In this document: piece after piece, positions 48,189-58,193 of the stretch | How the letters are laid out: every line of letters begins with the position of its first letter | How positions within the stretch are numbered: position 1 is the first letter of the stretch | From: a bacterium | GTDB lineage: Bacteria; UBA8248 | Assembly (NCBI GenBank): GCA_965219955.1 | Contig: OZ244799.1 | Span: forward strand, 800,001 to 864,000 | DNA length: 64,000 bases | Reading direction: 5' to 3' | Made by a program: the position numbers and the translations under genes | The notes under the pieces: generated by a model | Told to the model about the DNA's origin: nothing | Databases searched by the model: none | Seen by the model: only the letters and a program-made list of their open reading frames with translations

Positions 48189-48725
48189 CTAGTTAAGCAT
48201 CGACACCAGTTCGAGAAAATTCTTTTTCAGACCATCCACTTCGGGGGCGCGCCTGATGGCTTCGTAAATTTCGCCTTGCGCCTTGCCGTATTCTTTTTTC
48301 TGAAGGTAGATGCGTCCCAGGTTCATGTAGGGGAAATGACGCGGCTCGTACCTCGGTGCGGACTTCGCTTTTTCGAGCCATCCGGCCGCTTCGTCGAGTT
48401 CGCCCAACTGCATGAGATAACAGCCGATATCGTTGTAGGGGTTTCCGAACTCATCATCGACCTCGATGGCCATGTGGCACTCCTCAATCGCCTCCTCGAG
48501 TCGGCCCTGCTTGCTGTACATCCAGCCCAGATAGGTGTGCGCGTCCGCCGTGGGGTAGTAGGCGATGGAATCCCGGTACAACTCGATGGCCTTGTCGAGG
48601 TCTCCTTTCGCGTGGGCGGTACCGCCCTGGTTCAAAAGATCCAGGGCGCGCTTGAGGTCGGAGTTGACCTTGGATTCTTCTTTGTATTTTTCGTCGAAAC
48701 TCACGTCTTCGTTTTCTTCCGTCAT
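48189..48725 (-). CDS. Tetratricopeptide repeat protein
   Basis: AHTYLGW, GNPYNDIG and PYMNLGRIY TPR units. Confidence 0.85.
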   Translation of the reverse strand: MTEENEDVSFDEKYKEESKVNSDLKRALDLLNQGGTAHAKGDLDKAIELYRDSIAYYPTADAHTYLGWMYSKQGRLEEAIEECHMAIEVDDEFGNPYNDIGCYLMQLGELDEAAGWLEKAKSAPRYEPRHFPYMNLGRIYLQKKEYGKAQGEIYEAIRRAPEVDGLKKNFLELVSMLN

Positions 48726-48968
48726 TCGTCATCCCCCCTGCGATCAAACATCACGAGCGATTAAATTATGCCACTTTTCGTCGTCGGTTTGTCAAGGAAA
48801 TATCGGCTTTGGGCTATGGCGATGCCGCCGGATGATGTGAAAGAATAGAGGGTGGTTGCTTTGAGATGAGGACGGCGGATAAGTTCTTTTATATCAAGGC
48901 GAAGATTCGGTTCGGTGAGAATGGAAATCATCGTTTGAATTATCCTTATTTCCGGGAAGAATGGACGC

Positions 48969-49844
48969 ATGGCCGATTCGGTGCGAAAAAAATTCAGAAA
49001 AATTCTTGAACGGCCGGGGGCGACGATCATCCCCGGAGCGCATGACGCGCTGACGGCCAGGCTCATCGCCTCCAAGGGATTCGAGGCCGTGTATATGTCC
49101 GGGGCGGGCGTGGTGAACGCCCTCGCGGGGTTGCCCGACAACGGCTTGGCGTCATTCAGCGAAGTGCTCATGAACGCGAGGTATATGGCCGACGCCGTGG
49201 ACATCCCGCTTGTGGTGGACGTGGATACCGGCTACGGCAACGCGGTGAACGTCGTGCGCACGGTGCGTGATTTCGAGAGGGCGGGCGTTGCGTGCATCCA
49301 AATTGAAGATCAGGCGCTGCCGAAACGCTGCGGCCATCTGGACGGCAAGCAGGTGGTGAGCCGTGAGGAGTTTATTGGGAAAATCCGCGCCGCCGTGGAT
49401 CATCGAACGGATCCGGATTTCGCTATCATGGCTCGAATCGACGCCAAATATGTCTACGGGATGGATGAGGCCGTCGAAAGAGGCAATGCAGCGCTGGAAG
49501 CCGGAGCGGACGTCATATTCATCGAGGCGCTCGAAACGCGCGATGAGTTCACCGAGTACGCCGAGCGCTGCCCGGGTCCTCTGCTCGCCAACATGACGGA
49601 GTTCGGCAAGACGCCTCATGTCTCAAAAGCGGATTTCGGGGAGATGGGTTACAAACTCGTCCTGTTTCCGGTGAGCATCATGCGCGCGATGCTCAAGGCG
49701 GGCGAATTGCTGCTCGACGAATTAAAGGCCAAGGGCACGATGGCGGATTATCTGGGCAACATGATGACGCGCAAAGAACTTTACCGGCTCCTCGATTATG
49801 ACGCCTATCACGCGATAGAAGCAGAATATCTGCCCAGGGAATGA
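48969..49844 (+). CDS. prpB: Isocitrate lyase/PEP mutase family lyase (2-methylisocitrate lyase-like)
   Basis: YMSGAG, DVDTGYG, IEDQ..PKRCGH and ANMTEFGKTP motifs. The family is certain; the exact substrate is not. Confidence 0.75.
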   Translation: MADSVRKKFRKILERPGATIIPGAHDALTARLIASKGFEAVYMSGAGVVNALAGLPDNGLASFSEVLMNARYMADAVDIPLVVDVDTGYGNAVNVVRTVRDFERAGVACIQIEDQALPKRCGHLDGKQVVSREEFIGKIRAAVDHRTDPDFAIMARIDAKYVYGMDEAVERGNAALEAGADVIFIEALETRDEFTEYAERCPGPLLANMTEFGKTPHVSKADFGEMGYKLVLFPVSIMRAMLKAGELLLDELKAKGTMADYLGNMMTRKELYRLLDYDAYHAIEAEYLPRE

Positions 49845-49851
49845 GGTCAGA

Positions 49852-51216
49852 ATGAACGGCCACACGCGCGAACTCGCACGATTCATCAGCGAGACGTCCT
49901 ATGGTGATTTATCCGAGAACCTGCGCGCCTGCATGCGCAAGTATTTCCTGGACGCCGTCGGTTGCGGACTCTACGGCACGACCACCGAATCGGGACGCAT
50001 ACTGTCACGCTTCATCCAGGAACAAGGCGGAAGCGCGGAGGCCACCCTTTGGAAAAACGCCTGGCGCGGGCCGGTGGGGCCCGTGGCGCTTTGTCTGGGC
50101 ACCTGGATGCACGCGTTCGAACTCGATGATTACCACAGCGGCGCCAAGCTCCACCCGGGCGCAGTGGTCTTCGCCGCCGCATATCCGCTCGCCGAGAAGA
50201 TGAAGGTCGATGGCAGGACGTTTATTACCGCCTGCGTCGTCGGCTATGAAACGATGATCCGCGCGAGCATCGCCGCGGACTGTCTCGAGGTCCGCAGGCG
50301 GGGCTTTCATCTCACGGGCCTGTGCGGTCCCTTTGGAGCCGCTGCCGCCGCGGCGCACCTGATGAAATTAACCCCCGAGCTGACGGCCAACGCATTGGGT
50401 TTAGCGGGAACCCAGGGGGCGGGCACATGGGCCTTTCAGTGCGATGGTTCCGAGACGAAGCGTTTTCACGCGGGCCGCGCGGCCCAAAGCGGCCTCCTGG
50501 CCGCCGCTTTGGCGGAGGGGGGCTATACGGGCCCCAAGGAGATTTTCGAGTACGAAGACGGCGGGTTCATCCGGGCGTTCAGCGGCTGCGGAGACCCTGA
50601 GCCGCTGACGAGAGGCTTGGGTGATCATTGGGAGACGGAGGGTGTCTCCTTCAAGCCCTATTGCTGCTGCGGCAGCACCCACTCGACCATCGACGCCGTT
50701 CTCGCCCTGCGCAGGGAGCATGGCGTCGCGCCCGATGACGTACAGGAAATGGAGATCATGAACCACAGCGTGGTGAAACAGCAGTGTTCCTGGCGTTATG
50801 AGCCGGTGAGTTCGCTGCGCGCGCAGATGAACATCGAGTATTGCGCCGCGGTCGCGCTCACCGACGGGAAGGCGGGACCCGGGCAGTTCACGCCAGAGCG
50901 CATCGCCGACCCGGAGCTCGTAGCGCTGGCGCGCCGGGCGCGCTTCACGGTGGACCCTGAAATCGAGAAACTCTACCCCAAAACTTTTCCGGCGAAAGTA
51001 GCGATCCGAACCCATGATGGCCGTGAGTTCAATAGCCGCGTCGCCGGCCCCAAGGGCTCGCCCCAGAACCCGATGGATTTCGACATGGTGGCGGGGAAAT
51101 TCAGACAGATTACGGGCGGCGTGATTTCGTCCGCTTCTCAAGACGCTTTGGTGGAGGTTGCTTCGGGTCTCGATGATATCGAGGCGATGGGCGCCCTGGT
51201 GGCGCATCTCGCCTAG
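49852..51216 (+). CDS. MmgE/PrpD family protein
   Basis: HAFELDDYH, HPG, GFH, KRFHAG and FKPYCCC motifs. Confidence 0.9.
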   Translation: MNGHTRELARFISETSYGDLSENLRACMRKYFLDAVGCGLYGTTTESGRILSRFIQEQGGSAEATLWKNAWRGPVGPVALCLGTWMHAFELDDYHSGAKLHPGAVVFAAAYPLAEKMKVDGRTFITACVVGYETMIRASIAADCLEVRRRGFHLTGLCGPFGAAAAAAHLMKLTPELTANALGLAGTQGAGTWAFQCDGSETKRFHAGRAAQSGLLAAALAEGGYTGPKEIFEYEDGGFIRAFSGCGDPEPLTRGLGDHWETEGVSFKPYCCCGSTHSTIDAVLALRREHGVAPDDVQEMEIMNHSVVKQQCSWRYEPVSSLRAQMNIEYCAAVALTDGKAGPGQFTPERIADPELVALARRARFTVDPEIEKLYPKTFPAKVAIRTHDGREFNSRVAGPKGSPQNPMDFDMVAGKFRQITGGVISSASQDALVEVASGLDDIEAMGALVAHLA

Positions 51217-51248
51217 GGCCGGGCCGGATTCTGGATCAGGAGAAGAAG

Positions 51249-52625
51249 ATGGAAACGATGAGCGACAAACTGGCGCGTTTCGCCGCCGGCTTATCTTACG
51301 AGGATATTCCCGGACAGGTGATCGAAAAGGCGAAGCTCCATCTTTTGGACGCCCTGGGGATAGGCCTTGCCGCAACGAGGGAGGCCTACGCCGATGCGGT
51401 GACGAAAACGGCGCGCGATTGGGGCGGCAATCCCCAGGCCACCGTATGGCGCTACGGTGACAGGCTCCCCGTCGCTCACGCCGCCATGGTGAACGGCAGC
51501 TACGTGCACGGGCTTGATTTCGACGATACGCATACGGATTCCATCACCCACATGAGCGCCTGCGTGGTGCCGACGGCGCTGGCCGCGGGCGAGGCCGCCA
51601 GCGCGAGCGGGCGGGATATCCTCGCGGCCATGGTGGCGGGCTATGAGGTCATCGCCAGAATCGGGGGCGCGGTGCCGGGTGCGTTTCACGCCGAGGGCTA
51701 TCACGCCACCCCGATATGCGGCGCCTTTGGCGCGGCGGCCATCATGGGGCGTCTGATGAACCACTCGCCCGAAGCCATCGCCAACGCCTTCGGCGTGTGC
51801 GGGAGCCAGGCGGCGGGGATTCAGGAGTTCTTGGACGATGGAAGCTGGGTGAAGCGCTTTCACCCGGGCTGGGCTTCCCATGCGGGCGTTACCGCCGCGC
51901 AGATGGCGGGCCACGGGTTCATGGGCCCCCGAAAAGTCCTGGAGGGCAGGTTCGGTCTATATGCGACGCACTTGAGCGACCCGGCCTACGACGCGGAAAT
52001 CCTGGCGGGCGGACTCGGCGAGCGCTGGGAGACGCTGCGGATTTCGTTCAAGCCCTATCCTTGCTGCCATTTCAATCACGCGGCGATGGATGCGGCGAAA
52101 AACCTGGTGCGCGAGGCGGGCATATCCATTGATGAGATCGATGAGATCGAGACCATCACGCCCGAGCCGATCCTCCACATCGTGTGCGAGCCCATCGAGC
52201 ACAAGCGAAGGCCCAACACGCAGTATGCGGCCTTGTTCAGTCTGCCCTATTGTCTGGCCGTCAACGTGGTGAAGGGCCGAGCCACGCTCGATGATTTCGA
52301 GGAAAAACATCTGGGCGACGCTCAGGTGCTCGAACTGGCCGGTAAGGTGAGGTGCACGGGCGTGGAATCGGACAGGTTCCCCAAATACCTGCATGGCGGC
52401 GTGAGGATGGCGCTCAAGGACGGCCGCGTCCTGGAGCGCGATGAGCCCGTCAACTGGGGCAATCCCGAAAACCCGATGGAATGGGCGGACGTCGAGGCGA
52501 AGTTCCGGGGGAACGCGGGCCGCGTCCTGCCGGAGCGCAAGGTCGTTTCCGCCGTGGAGGCCGTCATGGGGTTCGAGAAGGCGCCCGGCGCAGACGCCTT
52601 GATGAACGCTTGCAAGGCGGCCTGA
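51249..52625 (+). CDS. MmgE/PrpD family protein
   Basis: HGLDFDDTH, GYH, KRFHPG and FKPYPCC motifs. Confidence 0.9.
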   Translation: METMSDKLARFAAGLSYEDIPGQVIEKAKLHLLDALGIGLAATREAYADAVTKTARDWGGNPQATVWRYGDRLPVAHAAMVNGSYVHGLDFDDTHTDSITHMSACVVPTALAAGEAASASGRDILAAMVAGYEVIARIGGAVPGAFHAEGYHATPICGAFGAAAIMGRLMNHSPEAIANAFGVCGSQAAGIQEFLDDGSWVKRFHPGWASHAGVTAAQMAGHGFMGPRKVLEGRFGLYATHLSDPAYDAEILAGGLGERWETLRISFKPYPCCHFNHAAMDAAKNLVREAGISIDEIDEIETITPEPILHIVCEPIEHKRRPNTQYAALFSLPYCLAVNVVKGRATLDDFEEKHLGDAQVLELAGKVRCTGVESDRFPKYLHGGVRMALKDGRVLERDEPVNWGNPENPMEWADVEAKFRGNAGRVLPERKVVSAVEAVMGFEKAPGADALMNACKAA

Positions 52626-53320
52626 TGACGAAAGACGCCTGGGGGGCTGAGGAGTTCGCCAAAAGCTGGGACGCGGTGAACGCCGCGCGGGACAACCCCG
52701 ACCGGGCGAATCAACTCGATATGCTCATCTCCCTCCTCGAGGGTGTAAAGCCGGACGATGGCTGGATGCTGGATTTGGGTTCAGGCTCCGGCCAGGTGGA
52801 AGCCCTTATTTTCGAACGCATACCCCATGCAAAGGTTGTGTGTCTCGACAGTTCCGGGGAGATGCTCAAACTCGCTTCAGAACGCCTGAGTGTTTATGAG
52901 GGCAGATATCAGCCGATTCTCTGCGACATGAACGACCTGAAAGAGGTCGAATTTCCCCGTGCGCCTTATGCGGCGGTATTCAGCAGCCAGGCCCTGCATG
53001 AGATTCCCCACGCGAGCAAACAAGCGGTCTACGAGAAAGTGTACGGGCTCCTGCGTCCGGGAGGCGCTTTCTATATCCTGGATCGGATCGAGCCGCGCTT
53101 CGACGACCTGCCCGATGATTATGAGCGCGTGTGGAATCGCCTGAACCGGCGAATGGATGCGCCGATGACTTTTCACGAGTATCGAGAACGCTACGGGGGG
53201 AAAGACGATTACCCCGCAAAACTGGATGAGCAACTCGGGTGGCTGGTGGCCGCAGGCTTTGCCGCCGCGCCCCTTTATCTGCACTACAACCGCGCGCTCA
53301 TCGCGGCGCGTAAGGCCTAA
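52625..53320 (+). CDS. Class I SAM-dependent methyltransferase
   Basis: LDLGSGSG, LDSS.EML, ALHE and LRPGG motifs. ATG overlaps the upstream TGA. Confidence 0.88.
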   Translation: MTKDAWGAEEFAKSWDAVNAARDNPDRANQLDMLISLLEGVKPDDGWMLDLGSGSGQVEALIFERIPHAKVVCLDSSGEMLKLASERLSVYEGRYQPILCDMNDLKEVEFPRAPYAAVFSSQALHEIPHASKQAVYEKVYGLLRPGGAFYILDRIEPRFDDLPDDYERVWNRLNRRMDAPMTFHEYRERYGGKDDYPAKLDEQLGWLVAAGFAAAPLYLHYNRALIAARKA

Positions 53321-53745
53321 CCCCCTTTTCTCAGGAGGAATTCTTCCAGGACGCTCCTGAGCGTGTGTCCGGAAATGGTCTCCAGGGCGTCCTCGGGGGA
53401 GAGCCAGACGCGCCTTCGCTCGTGGCTCTCGGGCCAGTCGTCCTCTACGACTTCGACCTCGATTTCGAAGATGTCGACTTTGCACCTGCCCGCGCCGATA
53501 TCGTATTCATAACGCGCGATGGGCTCCTCCGACGCCACGCCGCGAACACCGCTTTCCTCCCAGGTTTCGACAATGGCGGCCTCCTGGGCGGTCTGCCCCG
53601 GCTCCACGCCGCCCTGGGGCACTATCCACCAGGGATGCTCATGGTCCAGGGGTTTGTCGCGCGTGGTGATGAGGAGGATTTCCAGCCCATTCTCGGTTTT
53701 GCGCCAGGGCACGGCCCCGGCCAGGTTGAATCTGTTTCGTTTCAT
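53317..53745 (-). CDS. NUDIX hydrolase
   Basis: Variant Nudix box GGVEPGQTAQEAAIVETWEESG and WPE..ERRR.W motif. Confidence 0.88.
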   Translation of the reverse strand: MKRNRFNLAGAVPWRKTENGLEILLITTRDKPLDHEHPWWIVPQGGVEPGQTAQEAAIVETWEESGVRGVASEEPIARYEYDIGAGRCKVDIFEIEVEVVEDDWPESHERRRVWLSPEDALETISGHTLRSVLEEFLLRKGG

Positions 53746-53764
53746 GGTGGTGTCCCTATATCAA

Positions 53765-54847
53765 TCAAGCTGCCTGAACCCGCGCCCAGGTCTCCTCGAT
53801 CAGGCGTTCGTAATCCTCGCCCAGATACAACGGAAACTCCGACGCTTTGGTTACTTCAGGAGGCGGAAATATGGCCGGGTTGTTCCGGTACGGAGCAGAC
53901 ATTCTGGCCTTCGCCGCCGCGTTGGGGGTGGCGTACTGGATGAAATCCGCAATCGCAGCGCCGACGTCGGCCCTCAGCAGAAAATCGATGAACTTGTGCG
54001 CGTTTTCGGGGTGCGGCGCGCCTTTGGGAATACACAGGCAATCCTGCCACAAGAGTCCGCCTTCCCTGGGCACGACGTAGCCGATGTCGGCGTCTTTCTT
54101 CATGACCTGGAGAATGTCGCCGTTCCATTCCATGGCCAGATCGACTTCTCCTTTGAGCAGCAAATCCTGTCCGTTATCGTCTGCGAATACCTTGACGTGG
54201 GGCTTCTGGCGGATGAGCATCTCCTCCACCTGCTTTATCAGGGCGGGGTCTGTAGCGTTCAGGGAGTGCCCCAACAGCTTGAGGCCCATCTGAATCGCAG
54301 TGCCCTTATCGCCCATGAGTGCGATGCGGCCCGTGAATTTATCCGAGGCGAGGAGCCACTTCCAACTGTCGGGAACACCCTCGACGCGCGATTTGCGATA
54401 GCCGACGCCGGCCGTGCCCCACATGTAGGGTTGGGAATACTTGCGGCCCGGATCATAGGCGGCGTCCTGAAAAGCCGGGTCGATGTTCGCCTTGTTGGGG
54501 ATCAGGGAATGATCGAGCGGCATGAGCATCCCGGCGGCGATCATGCGCTCGACGTAGTTGTTGGTCGGCACGATCACGTCATAGCCCGGGTTGCCTTTCT
54601 GGAGTTTGGCGAACAGTTCATCGTTGTCGGCGAACTGGTCCATCTTCACGTCGATTCCGCTCGCGGCCTTGAAATCGGCCAGCGTGGTTTCGCCGATGTA
54701 GGTGTCCCAGTTGTAGAAATTCAGTTTTTTGTCTTCGGCGCTCCAGGCGCCAGGAGATGAAAACCTCAGGGCCGCCGCTGCAGCGCCTAGACTGAAGAGA
54801 AAGGTTCGGCGGGATAAGCCGGACAAAAGATTATCTTGTTTTGGCAT
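53765..54847 (-). CDS. Polyamine ABC transporter substrate-binding protein (PotD/PotF family), Tat-exported
   Basis: Tat motif SRRTFL, YNWDTYI, GYDVIVP, PYMWG, WNGD and P.EG..LWQD motifs. Confidence 0.9.
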   Translation of the reverse strand: MPKQDNLLSGLSRRTFLFSLGAAAAALRFSSPGAWSAEDKKLNFYNWDTYIGETTLADFKAASGIDVKMDQFADNDELFAKLQKGNPGYDVIVPTNNYVERMIAAGMLMPLDHSLIPNKANIDPAFQDAAYDPGRKYSQPYMWGTAGVGYRKSRVEGVPDSWKWLLASDKFTGRIALMGDKGTAIQMGLKLLGHSLNATDPALIKQVEEMLIRQKPHVKVFADDNGQDLLLKGEVDLAMEWNGDILQVMKKDADIGYVVPREGGLLWQDCLCIPKGAPHPENAHKFIDFLLRADVGAAIADFIQYATPNAAAKARMSAPYRNNPAIFPPPEVTKASEFPLYLGEDYERLIEETWARVQAA

Positions 54848-54871
54848 CGAAGAAATTACTCGTGATTTCCA

Positions 54872-55255
54872 TCAAGAATCTTCCAGTGTGCAGAACACCT
54901 CCACGAGGTTGTCCGAGGGGTCTCTGAAGAAAAGTTGCCGTAGTCCCAGCCCGGCGTTGACGCCGTCTTTCACGTCCACGCCCGCGATTTCGAGCCTACG
55001 CTTCACGGGTTCCAGGTCCGACGCTGCGAAAGCGAAATGCGTTTCACCGGCCCCGGTGCCCGGGATGGTCGTTTGGCTCGCGCGGTCCCGGCTCCCCGTG
55101 AGATGAAGCTGGCAGGCGCCCGCCTGGAACCAGTAGCCTGGATTCGGCAGATCCGGGCGGTCGATTTCCGCGAGTTCCAGCAGGCCGGCGTAGAAATCGC
55201 GCGCTTCTTCCAGGTCATCGACGCTGATGGATATGTGGTGCATTCCCTCCAGCAT
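54872..55255 (-). CDS. VOC/glyoxalase family protein
   Basis: HHISISV, QLHL, HFAF and FFRDPSDNLVE motifs. Confidence 0.85.
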   Translation of the reverse strand: MLEGMHHISISVDDLEEARDFYAGLLELAEIDRPDLPNPGYWFQAGACQLHLTGSRDRASQTTIPGTGAGETHFAFAASDLEPVKRRLEIAGVDVKDGVNAGLGLRQLFFRDPSDNLVEVFCTLEDS

Positions 55256-55272
55256 GAATCCGCCTCCGCTTT

Positions 55273-56124
55273 TCAGTCGGTGGATGTGGCTACGAACTCC
55301 GGCTTGATTTTTTCGGGTATGATGCCCGCCTCCGCGGCGCGGTTCAACAACGTGGAGACGGCCTTTCGCCCGGCGTCGCCGTACGAGCGCGTCCATTCGT
55401 TCACGTACATGCCGACGAAAACGTCCGCCTTGTCACGCGGCAAATCCCTGGCGTAGGCCATGGCGTGGTCGAGCGCCTCGTCCCGGTTCTCGAGCGCGTA
55501 GACGATGCTCTGGTGAAGCAGGCGGCTCACTTCGCCCACGACCTCGGGGCCCAAATCTTTTCGGATGACGTTGCAGCCCAGGGGCAGGGGGCCTCCGGTT
55601 TCTCGCATCCACCATTTGCCGAGGTCTTCCACGAGATGAAAGCCCTCCTCCTCATAGGTGAGCTGGCCCTCGTGGATGAGAAGACCCGCCGGGGAGTTTC
55701 CGTTTTTCACCTCGTCCATGATGTGGTCGAAATGCACCACGCGGTGTTTCGGTTCCTCGCCCCCCATATACAGCCGGAGCGTGAGATAGGCCGTCGTCAG
55801 CAGGCCGGGGATGGCGACTTCCACGTCCCGGAGCGCATCGGGCGTCATCGGCTCGCGCGAGATGATGACGGGGCCGTAATTCTCCCCGAAACTCGCCCCG
55901 TGCGGCAAGATGGCGTAGCGATCGGCCAGATGGCAGTACGCGTGAAAGCTGATGGCGCTCACCTCGTACTTGCCCTCGAAAGCGGCCTGGTTCAGCGTCT
56001 CGATGTCGTGGAGTTCATGGATGAATTCATACGCTCCCTGGGCGATCTTCCCGTTCGCCAGGGCGTGAAACATGAAGGCATCGTCCGAATCGGGGCTATG
56101 GGCGACGCGAATTACTTTCGACAC
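55273..56124 (-). CDS. mqnD: 1,4-dihydroxy-6-naphthoate synthase (futalosine pathway), MqnD family
   Basis: HSPDSDDAFMF, DIETLN, GYGP-like NYGP, PG..TTA, LIHEGQ and LPLG motifs. Confidence 0.8.
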   Translation of the reverse strand: MSKVIRVAHSPDSDDAFMFHALANGKIAQGAYEFIHELHDIETLNQAAFEGKYEVSAISFHAYCHLADRYAILPHGASFGENYGPVIISREPMTPDALRDVEVAIPGLLTTAYLTLRLYMGGEEPKHRVVHFDHIMDEVKNGNSPAGLLIHEGQLTYEEEGFHLVEDLGKWWMRETGGPLPLGCNVIRKDLGPEVVGEVSRLLHQSIVYALENRDEALDHAMAYARDLPRDKADVFVGMYVNEWTRSYGDAGRKAVSTLLNRAAEAGIIPEKIKPEFVATSTD

Positions 56125-56162
56125 GGGTTTCGTTTCTCCAAAAGTGCGGTTTTCGTGAGATT

Positions 56163-57290
56163 TCAGGCATCAGAGGGCGATAGATAATCCCGCCTCAAAT
56201 CCGGCGCCCCTCCCTCGGCTGCGGAGCGCAAAAGAGCGCCGATGAGCGCCGCCATGGCTTCGAGGTCTGACTCCATGAACGTTTCCACCGGGCTGTGGGA
56301 ATAGCGCCTGGGCATATTGATCGGCACGGTGGGCAATCCGCCCGGCCGGGATTTGCTCAAGGTGGCGGAATCGAGAAACGTGCCCACGAAAACGTCTTCC
56401 TGCAAGGGGACATGGGCGTCGCTCGCCACGTCCTTCACCCACTGGATCAGCTCGGGCGGGGTGATGTAGCCGTAAAGACTCATGGGTTGGTGGTCGTACC
56501 TGCGCAATACGGGCCCGGCTCCGATTTTCGACCCACGGGCGTCGGAGCGGCCCGGGCCGTCCGAGGGCACGTTGTCGAGCACGATGGCGAGAGAGGGCGG
56601 GTCGGCTCCTTTCTCATCCACCGATAGTACCGAAGCGCCGCGCCCGCCGATTTCCTCCTGGGCGCAAAAGGCGGCGCTCAGGCGAAGCCTGTCCGAGAGG
56701 GAGCCTGCCGTGTTGATGAACGCCTCCACGCACAGGGCGCAGCCCGAGCGGTTGTCCACCGCCTTCGATTTCCAGGCTCCTCCTGGAAGCTGGATGAAGG
56801 GGCTGTGGAATACGCCAGGCGTGCCCGCCTCGATGCCGAGGGCGCGAATCGGCGCATCGTCCGAAGCGCCTAAATCTATCCACATCTCATCGACGCCGGG
56901 GTGCTCCTGGCCTTGTAAGGACTGGAGATGTCCGCTGCGCACGTTGACGACGCCCCGGTGGAGATTCCCGTCCAGCGTCAGGAGGGCGACCTCGCGGCCC
57001 GGGAAAATCGCATCAGCCACGAGCCCCACTTTTTCAAAGCGAATCGCGCCGCCCGCCTCCACGTTCGTGACGATGAGGCCGACCTCGTCCATGTGGCATT
57101 CCAGAACGATGTGAGGCGCTGACTCGTTCGCCTCGTGCCGGGCGATGAGGTTCCCGATATCGTCGCGCCGCAACTCGCTCGCGCTGTCCTTTACCATCTC
57201 CGCGATGGCGTCGCGCACGGCGCCCTCATGACCCGGCGGGCCGGGCAGGGAGCACAGCGTCTTCATTCTATCGAGCAGGACCGATGGCAT
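56163..57290 (-). CDS. M42 family aminopeptidase
   Basis: PGHE, HMDEVG, IDLG, DNR.G, QEEIG.RGA and RYSHS motifs. Confidence 0.88.
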   Translation of the reverse strand: MPSVLLDRMKTLCSLPGPPGHEGAVRDAIAEMVKDSASELRRDDIGNLIARHEANESAPHIVLECHMDEVGLIVTNVEAGGAIRFEKVGLVADAIFPGREVALLTLDGNLHRGVVNVRSGHLQSLQGQEHPGVDEMWIDLGASDDAPIRALGIEAGTPGVFHSPFIQLPGGAWKSKAVDNRSGCALCVEAFINTAGSLSDRLRLSAAFCAQEEIGGRGASVLSVDEKGADPPSLAIVLDNVPSDGPGRSDARGSKIGAGPVLRRYDHQPMSLYGYITPPELIQWVKDVASDAHVPLQEDVFVGTFLDSATLSKSRPGGLPTVPINMPRRYSHSPVETFMESDLEAMAALIGALLRSAAEGGAPDLRRDYLSPSDA

Positions 57291-57399
57291 TTGATAATCC
57301 CGAAACTGTGAGCATTTCCGATGAAATCCCGAGCGCGGCAATACTCTCACGGAGGGCAACACTTGCCAAGCCTGAGCGCCTTTGGCGCTGAAAAACAAA

Positions 57400-57428
57400 T
57401 TGACCGTACAGGGGTGAGGATGTAGGCT
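57400..57428 (+). promoter_or_regulatory. Putative sigma70 promoter for the GT2 gene
   Basis: TTGACC-17 bp-TAGGCT. Confidence 0.4.
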
Positions 57429-57472
57429 TTGGCGCGATACCCTCGTAAACGAATGATGCGCCCGGCCCCCGG

Positions 57473-58192
57473 ATGGAGAGAACTGCGGTGAGCGATGACG
57501 GCCAGATGACGGATTTACTGAGCGTGGTGATGCCGTGCTACAACGAGCTGGACACGATTCGCGAAATCGTCGCCAGAGTCCAGGCGGTGGCGATGAACAT
57601 CGAGCTCATCATCGTGGACGACGGCAGCACGGACGGCACCCGGGACATCCTGGCCGAGATCGAACAAAACGGCGCGCGCGTCATCTACCGCGAGAAGAAC
57701 GAGGGCAAGGGGGCCGCCTTGTGTGACGGCTTCGCGGCGGCGAACGGGGACGTGATCGTCGTGCAGGATGCGGACCTGGAGTACGACCCCGCCGAATACG
57801 CCGATCTCTATGACCCGATACGTCGGGGGGAGGCCGACGTGGTCTACGGCACGCGCTTCGGCGGAAAACCCCAGCGCGTGCACATGTTCTGGCACAAGGT
57901 GGGAAATTGGATGCTGACCACGCTGGCGAATCTGCTTTTCAACTGCACGCTCACCGACATGGAAACCTGCTACAAGATGTTCCGCCGCGAGGTGGTGAAG
58001 GACATGAAAATCCGCGCCAGGGGGTTCGATTTCGAGCCGGAATTCACCGCGAAAATCCTGAAGCCCGCGAAATGGCGCATCTACGAGGTGCCGATATCCT
58101 ACTACGGGCGCACCTATGCGGAGGGCAAGAAGATAACGTGGCGAGACGGTTTCATCGCCGTGTGGACCCTCCTGCGCGAGCGGTTTTCCTGA
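57473..58192 (+). CDS. Glycosyltransferase family 2 (DPM1-like polyprenol-phosphate glycosyltransferase)
   Basis: VMPCYNE, VDDGSTDGT, GKG, QDADLEY, TDMETCYK and EGKKI.W.DG motifs. Confidence 0.92.
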   Translation: MERTAVSDDGQMTDLLSVVMPCYNELDTIREIVARVQAVAMNIELIIVDDGSTDGTRDILAEIEQNGARVIYREKNEGKGAALCDGFAAANGDVIVVQDADLEYDPAEYADLYDPIRRGEADVVYGTRFGGKPQRVHMFWHKVGNWMLTTLANLLFNCTLTDMETCYKMFRREVVKDMKIRARGFDFEPEFTAKILKPAKWRIYEVPISYYGRTYAEGKKITWRDGFIAVWTLLRERFS

Positions 58193-58193
58193 A

